A stretch of DNA of 64,000 bases. Source: Eledone cirrhosa. Lineage: Eukaryota. The notes below the pieces were generated by a model that saw nothing but the letters and a program-made list of their open reading frames with translations, made no database searches and was not told the origin of the DNA. Below, piece after piece: positions 1-13,800 of this stretch (within the stretch, counting starts at the first letter, position 1; every line of letters begins with the position of its first letter). The position numbers were made by a program, and so were the translations under genes. The stretch covers positions 303,366,001-303,430,000 of the forward strand of contig OZ024743.1 of assembly GCA_964016885.1 (NCBI GenBank), read 5' to 3'.

Positions 1-677
1 TGTTTCCGAGGCAATCCAATTTGAATCGACAAGGGAACGGACAAAGCTTGTGTTCTTGAATCGGTCGCCCGTTCCCTTGTGAGTCCCAATTCACACCCAC
101 CGGTCTGCGCAGGCACAAGTCCGAAGGAAGTTGACCATCAACTACCCGAAAGTTCTACGAAACCCGCCTAGGCAGGTCCCCCCTCAACCAGACAAGTCTG
201 TAATATGACACGATTATAGCTTACTGCTAGTTGCCCTGCCAGTGGCAGTTGCCCGAAATTCTAGAGGGGGTGGGACAGTATGAGTTTCAATAGGTCCCAA
301 TACTACCCCTAAATTATGCTTGGACAAAATAATTGACCATCACCCGCTAAGAGAATATATACTTATTTCTAGGCAGTATGGTTTCACAGAGGAAATTATG
401 ATTGAAGATTAAAAATTTAAAAAAATTACAAGTTAAAATCTTGATTGAAGTAAGTAAAATATTTACATATAATAACTAATAAATAAAATAACTAACAAAT
501 AAAATAACTAATATATAGGGAGATGTTTAAATTATAGTAAGAAGTTTTGAAAGGGCATCAATATTACAGATATATTATCCTTATATTGAACGATAGTACC
601 GTACAGTAGAATGGAGGGTAAATACAGTATGAAACGTAGTACTTAGGCAAATACATAGTTATTATTTCTATCACATG

Positions 678-855
678 GCGGTGAATTGGCAGTATCGGTA
701 GAGGGTTGGACGCCATGCTTTGTAGCATAGATACGTCCCTTTACAATCTGAGTTCAAATCCCGCCGAGGTTAACTTTGCCTTTCATCCTTACGAGGTCGA
801 TAAAATAAAGTACCAGTAATGCACTGGCCTTGTGCCTAAAGTAGAAACAATTATT
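678..855 (+). mobile_element. tRNA-derived SINE, full-length copy with 17-bp target-site duplication
   Basis: A-box-like TGGCAGTATCGG and B-box GAGTTCAAATCC, then a body ending GGCCTTGTGCCTAAAGTAGAAACAATTATT. ATTATTTCTATCACATG occurs at both 661-677 and 850-866. About ten related copies lie in the window. Confidence 0.9.
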
Positions 856-974
856 TCTATCACATGAAACAAAACAGAAAATACAAAATATAAAATACAA
901 AAAAAAAATAAAAATAGATGCAAAATGAGATAGTAGATATATATGAGAAACATATACGAGGAAGGTAAACTGTA

Positions 975-1433
975 TGGAAATAGTGGGATTTAGAATCCTA
1001 ACCAAAGATGTGGGTCAACTCCCATGTACGTCAATACTCATCATCTTTTTTCCATTTCTCTGAGGGTTCTAAACCCCACTATCAGGCTAACATTTCTTTA
1101 GTCAAACAAATACGGTGAAAGCTTCTATTTTCTAATTTCAAACTTGCTCGCTGTTTCAAAACATACTTACTTGTCATCATAGTTGCTAAGAATGTAGCTT
1201 TTAATTTGAATGGAAGGAGATGGGTGATGTTGGTATAATGGTAGCACAGTGCTCTGGATAACCAAAGTTGTGGGTTCGACTCCCATATACGTCAATACTC
1301 ATCTTTTTCCATTTCTCTGAGGGTTCTAAACCCTAATATCAGGCTAAAATATCTTTAGTAAAAAAAAATACGGTGAAAGCTTCTATTTTCTAATTTCAAA
1401 CTTGCTCACTGTTTCAAAACATACTTACTTGTC

Positions 1434-1435
<2 letters not shown>
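975..1435 (+). mobile_element. Small non-autonomous element with ~180-bp direct repeats and an internal tRNA-like segment
   Basis: 999-1177 is nearly identical to 1259-1435. 980-999 is an inverted copy of ~1062-1082. The element ends in (TA)n. Confidence 0.6.
1225..1294 (+). pseudogene. tRNA-like sequence (pseudo-tRNA or SINE head)
   Basis: A box TGGTATAATGG, B box GGTTCGACTCC within the T-arm TGGG-TTCGACT-CCCA, and acceptor-like pairing TGATGT/ACGTCA. The anticodon arm pairs poorly. Confidence 0.55.
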
Positions 1436-1501
<66 letters not shown>

Positions 1502-2886
1502 TGGGACATAACAAAATGTCTAGATGCAAAAAAGGGAAAAGTTATGTTATTCGGCGAATTACGCATGTATAGATGAAAATATATCACAAGTGCGCCAAAA
1601 GACAAAGAAGAGCGAGAAGGGTGCGCGAAGGCTTAGCCGAACGAGGAAATTAGGGAAAGAAGAGAATTAGAGAAACATAATACTATGGTGCAGTCTAACG
1701 TGAATCACAATGAAGCGTAGAAAAAGTAAGAAAGGGGAATAGGGAGAGACAGCGTGGCTGGTGTGACGTCTATTATATGATTAGTTTAATGTGTATATAT
1801 GTTCGTGCAGTCAGTTAAATGCACATGTGCAATGTATTCTCTGCCAGAGACTAATTCTATACATTGTAAGCTAAACCGGTATGAGATTATATACAATTTC
1901 CTCGGCAAACGAGTGAAAATTGAGAAGGTTTTACTCATATCACATCAAGGAACGAATAAAAGGGAGGGTTTTTTACGCGAACATTATCTATAAGCACTTT
2001 ATCGCGTAGAAAAAAGAAAAAAAGTTATGAACAGGAAATAATGGACCTGCATATGAGGGACATTCTTAAAAGCTTGCCTGACACATAAATTGATGTTATG
2101 CTACTATCTGTCAAGAGAGTGTTATATAACTGTATGACAGAAACTGAAAGAATTTCTTCACGATTCAGCAATTTTTTTCAAATTTGATATCGGAACAAAT
2201 GAAAATATTATGATTTCCTGTAAAAATAAGAAATAATATACAGAAATCTTGAGGCAGCATTCTGGTTATTACGTGTTAAATTAAATCCCTATCCTAGTCT
2301 TACATGGATAATTTGGCTAATGGCCTCTGCATAAGCGCTTCTGAATATAGCACGTCATAAACACATATAAACAACAATGTCAACCATACGATATCTCTCT
2401 ACTTCCTTACTCAACCATGCACTCTTATACACTTATCTCACAATATAAAAGCTATCTCCGTATATATGAAACTGCTTTCCTCGGGGATGCAGAAATTTAG
2501 GATAATCTTAAAATACTCAGCAAAAGCAGCTGCACTAGTATGTATTTCAATAGTTGGTAGCATTTATTCCTTCATAACATTTTTTTTTCTCAGCGGCATG
2601 TTTTCAAACTTTCCTTAGATCGGAGACTCAAGAATATATAGTACGAAATAAAATATAAGTCGAAAGAGTATGTTACGGCTGAAATCTCAAACTAACGATT
2701 TGTTGAACTATTGTAAATTATAGTAAAGCAAATGAAAACATGTAAATAATATTCCCCATGCAGAATACCAACAAAACGCTGATTCAACATTTCCAGGCGA
2801 TTGAAAAATGAGTTTAAATGAGATTATAGAATGCCATACTAGTATATATTTGACCATTAAAAAACCCATAAAATATGGATTCACAA

Positions 2887-3058
2887 ATAATTGTTTCTAC
2901 TTTTGGCACAAGGCAAGCAAATACCCAGTGTATTACTGGTACTTTCTTTTATCGACCCCGTAAAGTTAACCTCGGCGGGATTTGAACTCAGTATGGCAAG
3001 GGCCGAAACTCTACGCGTCAAAGCATGGCGTCCGACCCTCTACCGATACTGCCAATCC
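2887..3058 (-). mobile_element. tRNA-derived SINE copy
   Basis: Reverse complement of the 678-855 family (GGGATTTGAACTCAG; CCGATACTGCCAAT). Confidence 0.9.
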
Positions 3059-3151
3059 AATAAATGTTGAACATGTAACAATATATCCAACATTCCTTTT
3101 CTAATCCCCATTCTTGGTCAATAATATATTACATCAACAATGGTGTATTAT

Positions 3152-3189
3152 GTAATTGCTGGCCTTGTGCCTAAAGTAGAAACAATTAT
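3152..3189 (+). mobile_element. SINE 3' fragment
   Basis: AATTGCTGGCCTTGTGCCTAAAGTAGAAACAATTAT matches the SINE tail. Confidence 0.75.
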
Positions 3190-3681
3190 GTAAAGACAAA
3201 TTGTTTAGCATCTAAAATTTACTATGAACCTAAATGACTGCACTCACAATTTAGGGTCATTTGTAGGTATGGAAATACACACCTGGGAATAAATGGAATC
3301 GAAATTGCATGATATTATTAAAACATATTCTAGCATTGTACAGTTATTGTAGCTTACTGAAACTATCAACTTAGTAATGAAAGCAGAATCGCTTTCCATA
3401 GAAAGTTATATTTATACATAGTAGATAGTGGGATGCAATGCCGAGACAAAATGAAGTTAACCCCCACTTATTGTGACTCATATATGCTGTTTATTTCAAG
3501 ACTGTTATATAAATTCTAACATATCAAGCATTATAACACTAAAAAATGCCCTAATAAACAAATTAGCAAATGTTTTTGGTACACGAAATGTACATGTGTA
3601 TATAAAACAGGAAATGAGAATAATATCCTTAAGGCGCGTGTCATCGATCTACATTTGGGAACCTGAGAAACGGTAAGTAAA

Positions 3682-3698
3682 TACTACTACTACTACTG

Positions 3699-3735
<37 letters not shown>

Positions 3736-3763
3736 CACTACTATTATTACTACTGCTACTACC

Positions 3764-3806
<43 letters not shown>

Positions 3807-3807
3807 T

Positions 3808-3853
<46 letters not shown>

Positions 3854-3870
3854 GCTAATAATAATAATAA
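3682..3870. repeat. (TAC)n/(TAA)n compound microsatellite at the 3' end of the Tx1 element
   Basis: Read directly from the sequence. Confidence 0.95.
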
Positions 3871-4125
3871 CATTTATTTATTTATTAACAACAAGGTTTT
3901 ACATACAGTAAACCTTAAGGACAGTACAGGGCAATACAGGGCGGTACAAATGGGCATTTCTGCGTGTAAAAAAAAAAGAAACAGAGGATGTAATAATAGA
4001 ACAATGAAAACATTCCCCAATAGGGGGGAGACTTCGGAGGGACATTGGTGGAGAAAGCCCATTAAAAAGCCACAGTGACCCTGACTACTAGGGCAAGTGC
4101 CCTCTCCCAGTTTTCCACCTTTAAT

Positions 4126-7100
4126 TTACAGACACATACTCAGAGCAGGCCCATTCACTCGGGCCATTCTTGCCTCTCTCACCCATCTTTCTACAAAATA
4201 TTGGGAAGAGAGCACTTCCCTTTCTACCCTGATTTTCCTTTTCAAATGAAATTTGAAAAAGTTAATCAGGGCATCACCGAAGAGGTAAGTGCTCGTCTTC
4301 AGCCCTTTCAAACGTGTCCACGATACTATCTCTTTCGCCATGGCAACCAGACAAATAAAAACTGCCTGCCCTTCCCGGTTAAAGGAAGAGGGCGGGGCAA
4401 TCCTCGCGATGGACTCAGCTGATAGCTGGATCCTTCCCACGCGCGACAGCAGGTGTTCGACATAAACCCGCAAGTCAGCAATGCTCGGACACTGGACGAT
4501 TGCGTGCAGGACGGTTTCGTCGCCCTGCGCGCATCTCGGACATGCCAGGCTGACGGCACCTCCATGCCTGTAGAGTTTATCCCGAACTGGCAAAGCTCCT
4601 CGGTAGCACTGCCAGGCCAGGGATTTCTGGATGTTGTCCATAGGCCCCGGCCCGAAAGTTCTTCCGAAGAGATTGGCTTGTTGATTTTCGTCGACGCCTA
4701 GAGTTTCCCCAAGTACGTCGTCGTTCTTCCCCTCCACTAATCCTCTATAGAACGCCAAGGTGGAGTTTCCACCGATCACATTGCCCGATTGGTCGAGGGC
4801 TGTGAGCGCCTGAAGACATTCCAGTCTCCAAGCGCTCCCTCTCGGTCTTCGCTTGACCCAGGACTGCAGCTCCGTCAAGGAGACGAGCTGGGGAAAGACG
4901 TGTCTAGCAAACGGAGACCACACCTGATCACCGTCGAGGAAGAGGTGGAGATGTAGTAGCCTGAGCGTGTGTCTGCGCATAATCAGCCACGGCATGCCCA
5001 GCCCTCGACGTAGCGGGTGTTGACAGCAGATGGACCGCCGGACCATCGGAGCGCGTTCCTTCCACAAAAAGCGAAAGAGCAAACGCTCCAGCGCACTCAG
5101 ACGGGGCTTAGGACAAGGTACGTGGTCAGGCTGTAGTAGATGACGGACGCGATATACGCGTTAGCCACCTCCGCTCGACCTTTCAGGGATAGCTTCCTCT
5201 CGGCCCATTTCTGGGTGAGAGAAGCCACCCTGTTCGTCACCTCGTCCCAGTTTTTGTCCGTCTGGTGATCCGGACCGAACCAGACCCCGAGCAATTTAAC
5301 TGGTCCGTCCGTCCAACCCCCGACGACGCTGTTGGACGGCATGGACCTGCCTCTCCAGGTGCCGAGCTGCAGGCCCACTGACTTTTCCTGGTTGATCATT
5401 GCTCCTGTCACCGCTTCGTATTCTCTTAGTGTAGTGCCGATCGCCTCGATGTGTTTGGTGTTCGACACCACTACGGTGACATCGTCCACATATGCTGACA
5501 AGGATCTTCCGCATCATAGTTCGCGCGAGACCCCCCTCAACGTCTCCATTTTGTGCAGTAATGGCTCGAGAGTCAATACGTATAAGAGGGACGAGAGGGG
5601 ACATCCATGGCGGACCGAGCGCATTATGTTGAACGGTTCCGAAAGGTTACCGTTCACTCTCACCACAGAGCAGATGTCGCTGTTCATAGCAGCGATCCAG
5701 CCTCTGAAGACAGGCCGAGAGCCAGCCGCCCTAAGGACTGCCGCTAGGTAACGATGGTCGACCCTATCGAATGCTTTCGACTGATATAAATTGATCAAGG
5801 ACCCACCCGTGCCGGGTTCCCTAGCTACCCTCCCTACGATGTATCGCATGAGGTGGAGGTTGTCGTGGATGGATCTGTCGGGAATGGCGCATGTCTGCGC
5901 CTCTCCCACCAGACCACCAACGACAAGCGCCAACCTCTTTGCTAGCACCTTGGCCAAAATCTTGAACTCTGGGTTTAGCAGAGTTATGGGCCTGAAATGA
6001 TCTATGTTATCCCCCTTGTTCGGATCCTTTCTCAGCAGCGCCACAGCTCCTCAGCTCACAGAGCTGGGAATTCTCCAGTTCTGTTGCCAGGTGCAGTAAA
6101 TGTCCGCCAAGAGGCCTCCGAACAAGTATGGCATGTGTACGTAAAGTTCATAGGGCAGACCAGCCAAACCAGGCGATTTACCCCTTGTCCAGCTAGTCAT
6201 TGCCTCGCGTATTTCAGCGGCCGTTATCGGCTTTTCGCAACACTCCACCTCAGTGGCCGAGAGCCGCGGCAGTCCGTCGCGGTAGACACTAAAGTCCATC
6301 CCTCGACCGGCCCACCGCTGCCCCCGAACAACTGAGCGAAGTGTCGCTGAAAAGCTTCACACATTTGCCTTGGATCGAGTAGCATGCGCCCGTCGTGGTC
6401 CACCAAAGACCGGATTGTGACTTTGTTTCCACGATGCGCCTTCGCCACTCGGGCCCATTGAACGGTTTTCGACGCCTCGTGTCTGAGAGCTCGCACCCTA
6501 GCTCTGACAACGCAGCCTTCGTGCTTTGCATTGAAGAATTGGTCAAGGGCCAATTTCGCCGCAAGCACATCGGTCGCGATGCTTTTGCTAAGCGCCTCGT
6601 CTAATTTTCTAACTAATTCTCCCTCTGCTCTATTTTTCTCTATTGCTAAAGCCTTACTAAACCTAATGGACTCTATTCTAATTGCTCTTTTCAGAGCAAA
6701 CCACCACTTGTTGTTGACGATGGCCCCCGTCAACGCCAGCTTAACTAGTTCGCTAATCCGGTCTCTGTAGGCCTTGCGCGCTGGTAAGGACGCGTTTAGC
6801 TTCCAGTAGCCGGGTCCTCGTCTATGAAGCCTATCTAAGTCAAGTACACAGATCACGAATTTGTGGTCTGTGTAGCTGACTATCTTTAATTGTGGACAGC
6901 CTATGCTAGACCTATCTATTTCCCTACAAAATACTCTATCTAGATATGATCTGGATGACCCTAAGCGATTTGTCCAAGTCCATATTGGCACATTCGGGAA
7001 ATCCAATCGGTACCTGTCAGACAGTTCAAAACGCCTGAGCAGGTTGATGAGGCTCTTGAACCCTCCTCTCCTATCCGCTAATCTCACACAGTCCCAGCGT

Positions 7101-7502
7101 GCATCTAACATCCCGTACCAGTCGCCCACTAACTCTAAAGAGCGGGACGTCCTGCTCGTGTCGGCGCATAGACGGCCACTAGCCTGAAAGCTTTCCCGTC
7201 TCCGCTGGTCAGGTCTAGCACCACCAACTTACTTTCTGGGTCCAGGAAGATGGCCCGTATGGCGAGATCCAAACCTCTCCGAAAAAGCACAGCAAATCCT
7301 CTCCCGATCCAGGACGGCTGGGAGATGCGTATACATCGTAGCCGCCGAAGATCGGTGCGAAGGCCCGTGCTTCGGAGATTCTGGTTGCGCTGATGGTTAC
7401 TACATCTATGTTTAGTGACCTGAGGTCGTTCAGCAGGTGGCACTGCTGCCATGACGACCCCAAGCCACCCGCATTTATGCTGCCTATTCTGGGTGATGTC
7501 AT
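4126..7502 (-). pseudogene. Tx1 ORF2 (APE endonuclease + reverse transcriptase + CCHC), frameshifted
   Basis: Motifs RIGSINAGGL, VAVYAP, SYLDRVF, TDHKFV, GPGYWKLN, FRPITLLN, SKAFDRVDH, GCPLSSLLY, AYVDDV and CPRC...ETVLHAIVQC are split across several ORF fragments. Confidence 0.92.
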
Positions 7503-7536
7503 GTTGAAATGGAGTGGAAAAGATGGGAAAGACCAC

Positions 7537-9511
7537 TTACTTTACTTCTCGTAGAGGAAGGATGGTTTGTCCATCCTTCTCACTGCTTGTGGTCTCCTCC
7601 GGAAGGATGTCCTTATAAATCCTCCTGGAGTGTGCTTGTCGGTAGTCTCCGATGTCTTTGGGGATTTTTGTTTTAGTGTCGTGTACGTTTTCTGTGTGAT
7701 GCGAGTGATTTGTATGTGTGGAGGTGGTGTGAACTTTTGGGTTGTTGTGTAGTCTTTTTTCTGTGATACTGGTGTTGTGTTGCATGTAGTGTAATAATTG
7801 AGTGTTGTTCAAATTTAGTGCTGTGTAGTGAGTGTCGTTTTGGTTGTTTTGTTTTGTTTGACTTGTTGTGGGTTTGTATCTGTTACGCTTTTTGGTGACT
7901 TTTGTGGTGTTGGTGATGGTGGTGTTGGGGTTAATTATGGTGACGGTGTTGGTGTTTGTTGTGATGGGGTTGGTGATGCTGGTGTGGATGGTGGCATGTA
8001 TGTCTTAACTTTCTTGTTCGATAATTTATTTGTTTCCCTCTGTATTTTGATTTTTGAGGGGGAAGGAAGATAATTTTTAATTTTTTAGTCTCTTTATTTT
8101 TTCATTTTTTCTGATACCGTTTCCCACTCCTCGTCGTCACAATCTGTCTCAAGTTGCGATAAGCCGGGGAGGGGAAAATCCTCCACAGGCGTTGGTTTTG
8201 GTTGTGGCGTGGTGGATGGTGTAGGCGCTGGTGCTAGTTCTGGCGCGTTGGGTGGTGGGGGTGTTAGTTTTGCTACTGTTGCTGGGTTTGTTGCTGTTAC
8301 AGTTGCTTCTGTTGTTGCTGCTACAGTTGTTGCCGCTATTTCTGCTGCTGGTGGTGTTGATGGTTGAGTCACTGGGGTGGGTAAGTGAGGTGGCCTCAAC
8401 CTTTTAGCCTGAGGGCAGAAAGCCCTTAGGTGGATTCCTTCACCACAAACGACACACCTAGGTCTTCTGCCCTCGACGATTACGGTCAGGTGGCTGCCGC
8501 CAGTGAGGTCTAATACCTCTGGTATCTCCTAAATGCTTTTATGGCACGCTTGGATCAGGAGCTCCATCCCAGATGCGGATCAGTTCTCCTGCTTTTCTTT
8601 TGCTATTTCTATTATTTTGGTTTTGGCCTCTTAGCCGGCGAGGACGGAAGCCATTAGCCAGGGAATTTCGATGGCCCGTGGTACGTGGGTCACCCTGATC
8701 TTCACAAGTCTCTGGCCACAATAGCTTGGGATGAGTGTGAAGTCGTCACTTCTTAATGGGGCCATGGAGTGTACTCTGGCCTCCTGTGGTGTTTCAAAGA
8801 ACACGTCCACGGTTCCATACTTCTGCCCACGTCTGATGTGGGTTTTTTTGCCCACACATGTCCCAAAGCATTTTGGATCTGGGACTCAGATAACCGTTCC
8901 ACTCGGCGCGATTTTATGTTTATTGTCCGATAAGACATGGTGCATAGGCGACGTTGCTCCATTTTATTAGGTGTGTGTGTGGGGAGCGGGGGGGGGGGGG
9001 GGGGCTGACCCTGTACCCATCTTTCTTTACCATTCCTTTGGCTTTATCTAATTCTTCCTGAGTTACATGAATCGCTTCGCACGTTTTTGCTACTCTGGCA
9101 AAACGCAGAGTAGTTTTCTTAATTTCATTGTTGCTGTTGTTATTATCGTTATTTTTGCTATTGTTAATTTTAGTTTCAGTTGTGGTGGTGGTGGCGTCAG
9201 TTGTGTTCGGTACGGAAGAGTTCATTTTGGTTGAATTCATTTCGATATCATCAGTTAATTTTTTTTTTATGTGTTTCTGTTGTCGCTGTGGTGGTTGTGG
9301 GGGTGGGGGTTATCGGGGTGGTGGTGGTTATGGTTTTGGCTTTAAGACCTGCAGTCATAGGTAATGGCGGGAAATGAACGTCTGCCTGAGACAAATTTAA
9401 AATATTGCTACTGCTTACAATTCCAGTGTTGGCAAACGTAGCAATGTTTACAATGGTGGTGTCGTTGTGAGGTTTTGGATTGTGAGGAAGGAGTGATCCT
9501 GACTCATCCAT
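7537..9511 (-). pseudogene. Tx1 ORF1 (Gag-like, CCHC zinc knuckle), frameshifted
   Basis: Low-complexity N/T-rich N-terminus; CVVCGEGIHLRAFC knuckle near 8410-8460; ends LREVK*, matching ORF1 of the second Tx1 copy (EVK*). Confidence 0.8.
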
Positions 9512-9727
9512 TATTTTTCAAAGAAAAAAAATGTTGTTTGATAATTATAAAAATTTTAAATTTTGGGCTCAAGGCCCCAATATTTTTGAGTGTCCTTTTC
9601 AGAAATCAATGTATGTGCACTTATATATAGTTAACAATAACAATTTTCCATAAATGGCAATTTTAAATGACTGAAAATAACAAACCTTTGCGGAGCTCAC
9701 GATGATATGATTTACTACGTAGGTTGC

Positions 9728-9728
9728 C

Positions 9729-9790
<62 letters not shown>
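9728..9790. repeat. (TAA)n microsatellite at the 5' flank of the Tx1 element
   Basis: Read directly from the sequence. Confidence 0.95.
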
Positions 9791-10869
9791 GGGAAGAAGA
9801 CGCACGAGGTGGTAGAAGGTCATGAAATCGCTCCCGTAAGTTTTGAATTTTTAACATATTTAAATCATTTGTGAAATAACAACTCTTAGTACAAATGTAC
9901 GTAAAGCATCCGGCTTGAGCCCCCCAAAAATTCGGACCCAAATATATTGTTCTAAGGCTCAAATATTCAAATATTCAACTTTGTATTGTACATTGTATAT
10001 TCAAAAAAGAAAATGGCTGTAAATGGAAGAAGAACCCCCCCCCCCTCCTATGTCTACACTATATAGAACAGCCAAACAACACCAATCTCACCAACACCAG
10101 AAACTAGATACACCACCTACCCCATCATCTATCTGTGTACACTAAACACAACAGCCAGATAACGGCAATTTCACCACCACCACAACCAATCTTAACATAA
10201 TAAGGATAATAATAAATACTATTATTATTGTCCCAAGTCTTAAAAAACTGTTTAATCCCAACATTAAGGGAATTTAGATCAACACATATTCGCGACTAAC
10301 CCCATAGATTCACCGAACGGACATCAGTCCTTCATTGCTACCACCGCTACAACAACACCATCACTACTGCCATCATTACTACCACTATCCCATCACCGCC
10401 GCCACCACTCCTTCATTGCTACCACCGCTACAACACCATCACTACAGTAATACGATCACATCACCACCACCACTGACTCGGTATCGACATTACCACCACC
10501 ACACTCTCAGTATCGCTACCGCGGCTACTGTCTCCCATTGCTTATGCTTGTTGCCGCCACCACATTATAGAATTCCTACTAAAAAAGAGGAAGGCATCAA
10601 AATATATAGATAGACTCAAAAGAAAAATAGAAAAAAACAAACATCAAAACCAAAACAGCACAGCAACAACAGCAAAAAACGAGAAAAACAAACAGAGAAA
10701 AACAAAAACAAAAAACAAAAAAAACGTAAAGAAAATAAGAATGAAGAGAGAAACAAGCGGACGGACAGAGAAGAGAAGGAAAAAACTAAGTCAGACATTC
10801 GAACACTACATTACAATGAAACTTATGCTTATTCATTTTTGGGTTTTTTTCTGCCTGTGTGTTTGTTTG

Positions 10870-13800
10870 TTTATTTGTGTTCGTCTACAACGTGGTGATA
10901 ATGCCACACAAGTGCCAAATGGAGCAGCGCAACCAACGGTGAATCCACAGTTGGCTATGTAACCATACATTCGCCAATCCTCGATAAGAGTGTTTAAATA
11001 TCGAACCTAAACAGTTCGAATAACGGTGAAATGGAGACTAGAACGTCATGTCACACAAAAGTTTATTTATGTTCGTCTACAGCGTGATAATGCCACACAG
11101 TGGAGTGGACGGAACCACCAGAGACGAGGAATTCACCGGTGGTTATGTAACCATACATTCGCCAATCCTCGATAAGAGTGTTTAAATGTCGAACCTAAAC
11201 AGTTTGAATAACGGTGAAATGGAGACTAGAATGTCATGTGACAGACTCTCAACCAAAAGGTGCTCCCTGGCTCAGCAGCAGGGACCTGGCTGTCAACCAA
11301 AAACTGCTGGTGTCGGAGGAAGAAGAAGAAGGAAAGGCGCCAGAACCAACCGGACGAAAAAATTGAATAGAACTGTTATGCAATGTTACCTGAAAAGTAA
11401 CCCCAAGGAGAAAGGCTATAGGAAACGGATGCATAACTTCTGGAACGAGATTGGTCGATTTAAATTAGATGAACAAAAATTGGCCGGGCAGGCTCGGCTA
11501 ATAAGAACTAATGGGTGGATAAGCGAGCTGGAACTGGAGGAACTGAGCAGAGAGATTAGCTTGGAGATAAAGAGTGGAGTATGCCAGGCAAACGAGCCAG
11601 TGGGAAATGACGGTGAATAGGTCGAGAGAACGGAGGAACCACCCGAAGCAGATAATGATCTGAATGCTGAGATAAATAAGACCTGGAACAGAGATACGGC
11701 CACTGAGGAGATGAATGCTGATGGGCTAGGACAAGATTTGGTTGATATCCTAAACTTAGTGGTAGATGAATTGAACAATGATAGTGGGAGACCTATGAAC
11801 CTAAGATTTGTAGACAGGAAAGAGTTAAAAGAAACAACAGCTAAGGTAAACAAAGTCATCCCATACCTTGAGGCGAGGAGCCTTCACCAGTGCAACAATA
11901 TCCTCAAAGCAACAGCGAATACGGTGAGGAAACTACTTGGTATAAAAGCGAGAGGAAACAACAGACAAGAAAGAGCAGAGCCTTGGTGGAAGAAACGACT
12001 GAGAGGTCAAATCAGGGAAATAAGAAATGACATAGGAAAGCTTGAGACCCTACTGAATGGGACACTAAAAAACATAGACACTAAAAATAGACTGGAAATA
12101 AAGTACAAAACTAGGAGGAAAAAGCTAAATATTATCATAGAGGAACTGAAGCAACGCATTGTAACAAAGAGTGCAAAAATCAGGCGATACGAGAACAGAG
12201 TCAGTCAGTATAGACAGAACCGCATGTTCGACAACAACCAGAAGATGCTGTTTGGACAGCTTGAAGGGAAATAAAGAGGCAACGACTTGATCCCTGAGGC
12301 GGAACAATCTAAAACATTCTGGAGAGGAATATGGGAGCAGGATGTTAAACATAATGACCAGGCAGTGTGGATTGAGACAGTACAGAAGGAGATTAGTGAA
12401 CAGGCACACCAACAAACTGATTTGAGTATCACAGTTGAAACTCTTAGGGGGCAGGCCAAAAAACTAACCAACTGGAAATCACCAGGCCCAGATGGTGTAC
12501 AGGGGTATTGGATTAAAAATATAACATCCCTCCACCCGAAACTGACAACCATGTTCAATGACTGCTTGATGTCAGGTGAGGTACAAGAGTAGTTGACAAA
12601 AGCTACCACAGTTCTGATAATGAAAGACCGAATCAAGGGTAATGATGTTACCAACTATAGACCTGTCACATGTCTGTCCGTAATGTGGAAACTGTTGACA
12701 AGCATTATGTCTGAGGAAATCTACCATCACCTCCACACAAACAACTTGTTACCGGACGAACAGAAAGGATGCCGAAAGAAGTCACGTGGTACAACGGACC
12801 AGTTACTTATTGATAAGATGGTAATGAGGAATTGCAAGAGGAGACACACTGATCTTGCCATGGGATGGATAGACTACAAAAAGCATTTGACATGGTGCCG
12901 CATTCTTGGATCACCAAAAGCCTGGAGATCTTCAAGTTGGCAGATAACATCAGACAGTTGTTGGGCAAAAGTATGAAGTCCTGTGAAACAGAGTTAATAT
13001 CAACTGGAGAATCCTTGGGAAGCGTGAAGATCAAGAGAAGTATCTTCCAGGGAGATAGTCTGTCCCCTCTGTTGTTTGTCCTTGCCCTGATGCCCCTGGC
13101 CAGTGTACTGCGAAAAGTGAGAGAAGGATACAGGTTGGGAAAGGGAGGGCTTACCATCAATCACCTCCTCTTCGTGGACGATCTTAAACTCTTCGGGAAG
13201 AGTGAGAAGTAGTTGGATGTGCTTGTTGACACTGTCCGTATTTTTAGCAATGATATATGTATGCAATTTGGTATTAGTAAGTGTGGAGTCATTGTGATGA
13301 AGAGGGGTAAGTTGAGCAGAAGTAACGGAATACAAGTACCAACAGGTGAGATGATAAAGGAAATTGACTCTGATGAAGGATACAAGTATTTAGGCGTTCT
13401 GGAGGCTGATGACATCAAGAACAAAAAAATGAAGGAATTGATAAGAACTGAATAGATTCGGAGAGTAAGGAGCGTATTAAAGTCACATCTGAACAGTAGG
13501 AATGCTATAAGTGCAGTAAATTCCCGAGCTGTGTCTATTATTAGGTACATTGCGGGAATTATGGGATGGAATGTTGCTGAACAAAAAGAAATGGATAGGA
13601 AGACTAGGAAGCTATTGACTATCTACAATATGTTCCACAAGAGGACTGCATGTCGATAGACTCTACTTAAGGAGATATGAAGGTGGAAGAGGTCTTATCA
13701 GCATAGAGGACTGTGATCAGATGGAGAAAAACAACCTACACAAATACGTGACTGATAGTAAGGAGCCAATGCTCAGAACTGTACTGAAGGAGGGGAAAAT

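Larger units (their letters stand above)
3871..9725 (-). mobile_element. Tx1/L1-clade non-LTR retrotransposon, near full length, degraded
   Basis: Two-ORF layout: ORF1 with a zinc knuckle and ORF2 with APE endonuclease, RT and a C-terminal CCHC. The 3' UTR carries AATAAA followed by (ATT)n. Confidence 0.92.

Noticed and set aside
678-855. SINE heads as functional tRNA genes
   Set aside because: They are dispersed copies with a common non-tRNA body, tails and target-site duplications, and no complete cloverleaf.
3611-3677. Possible small plus-strand exon (CAG...GTAAGT)
   Set aside because: It is isolated, lacks a pyrimidine tract and gives no recognisable peptide.
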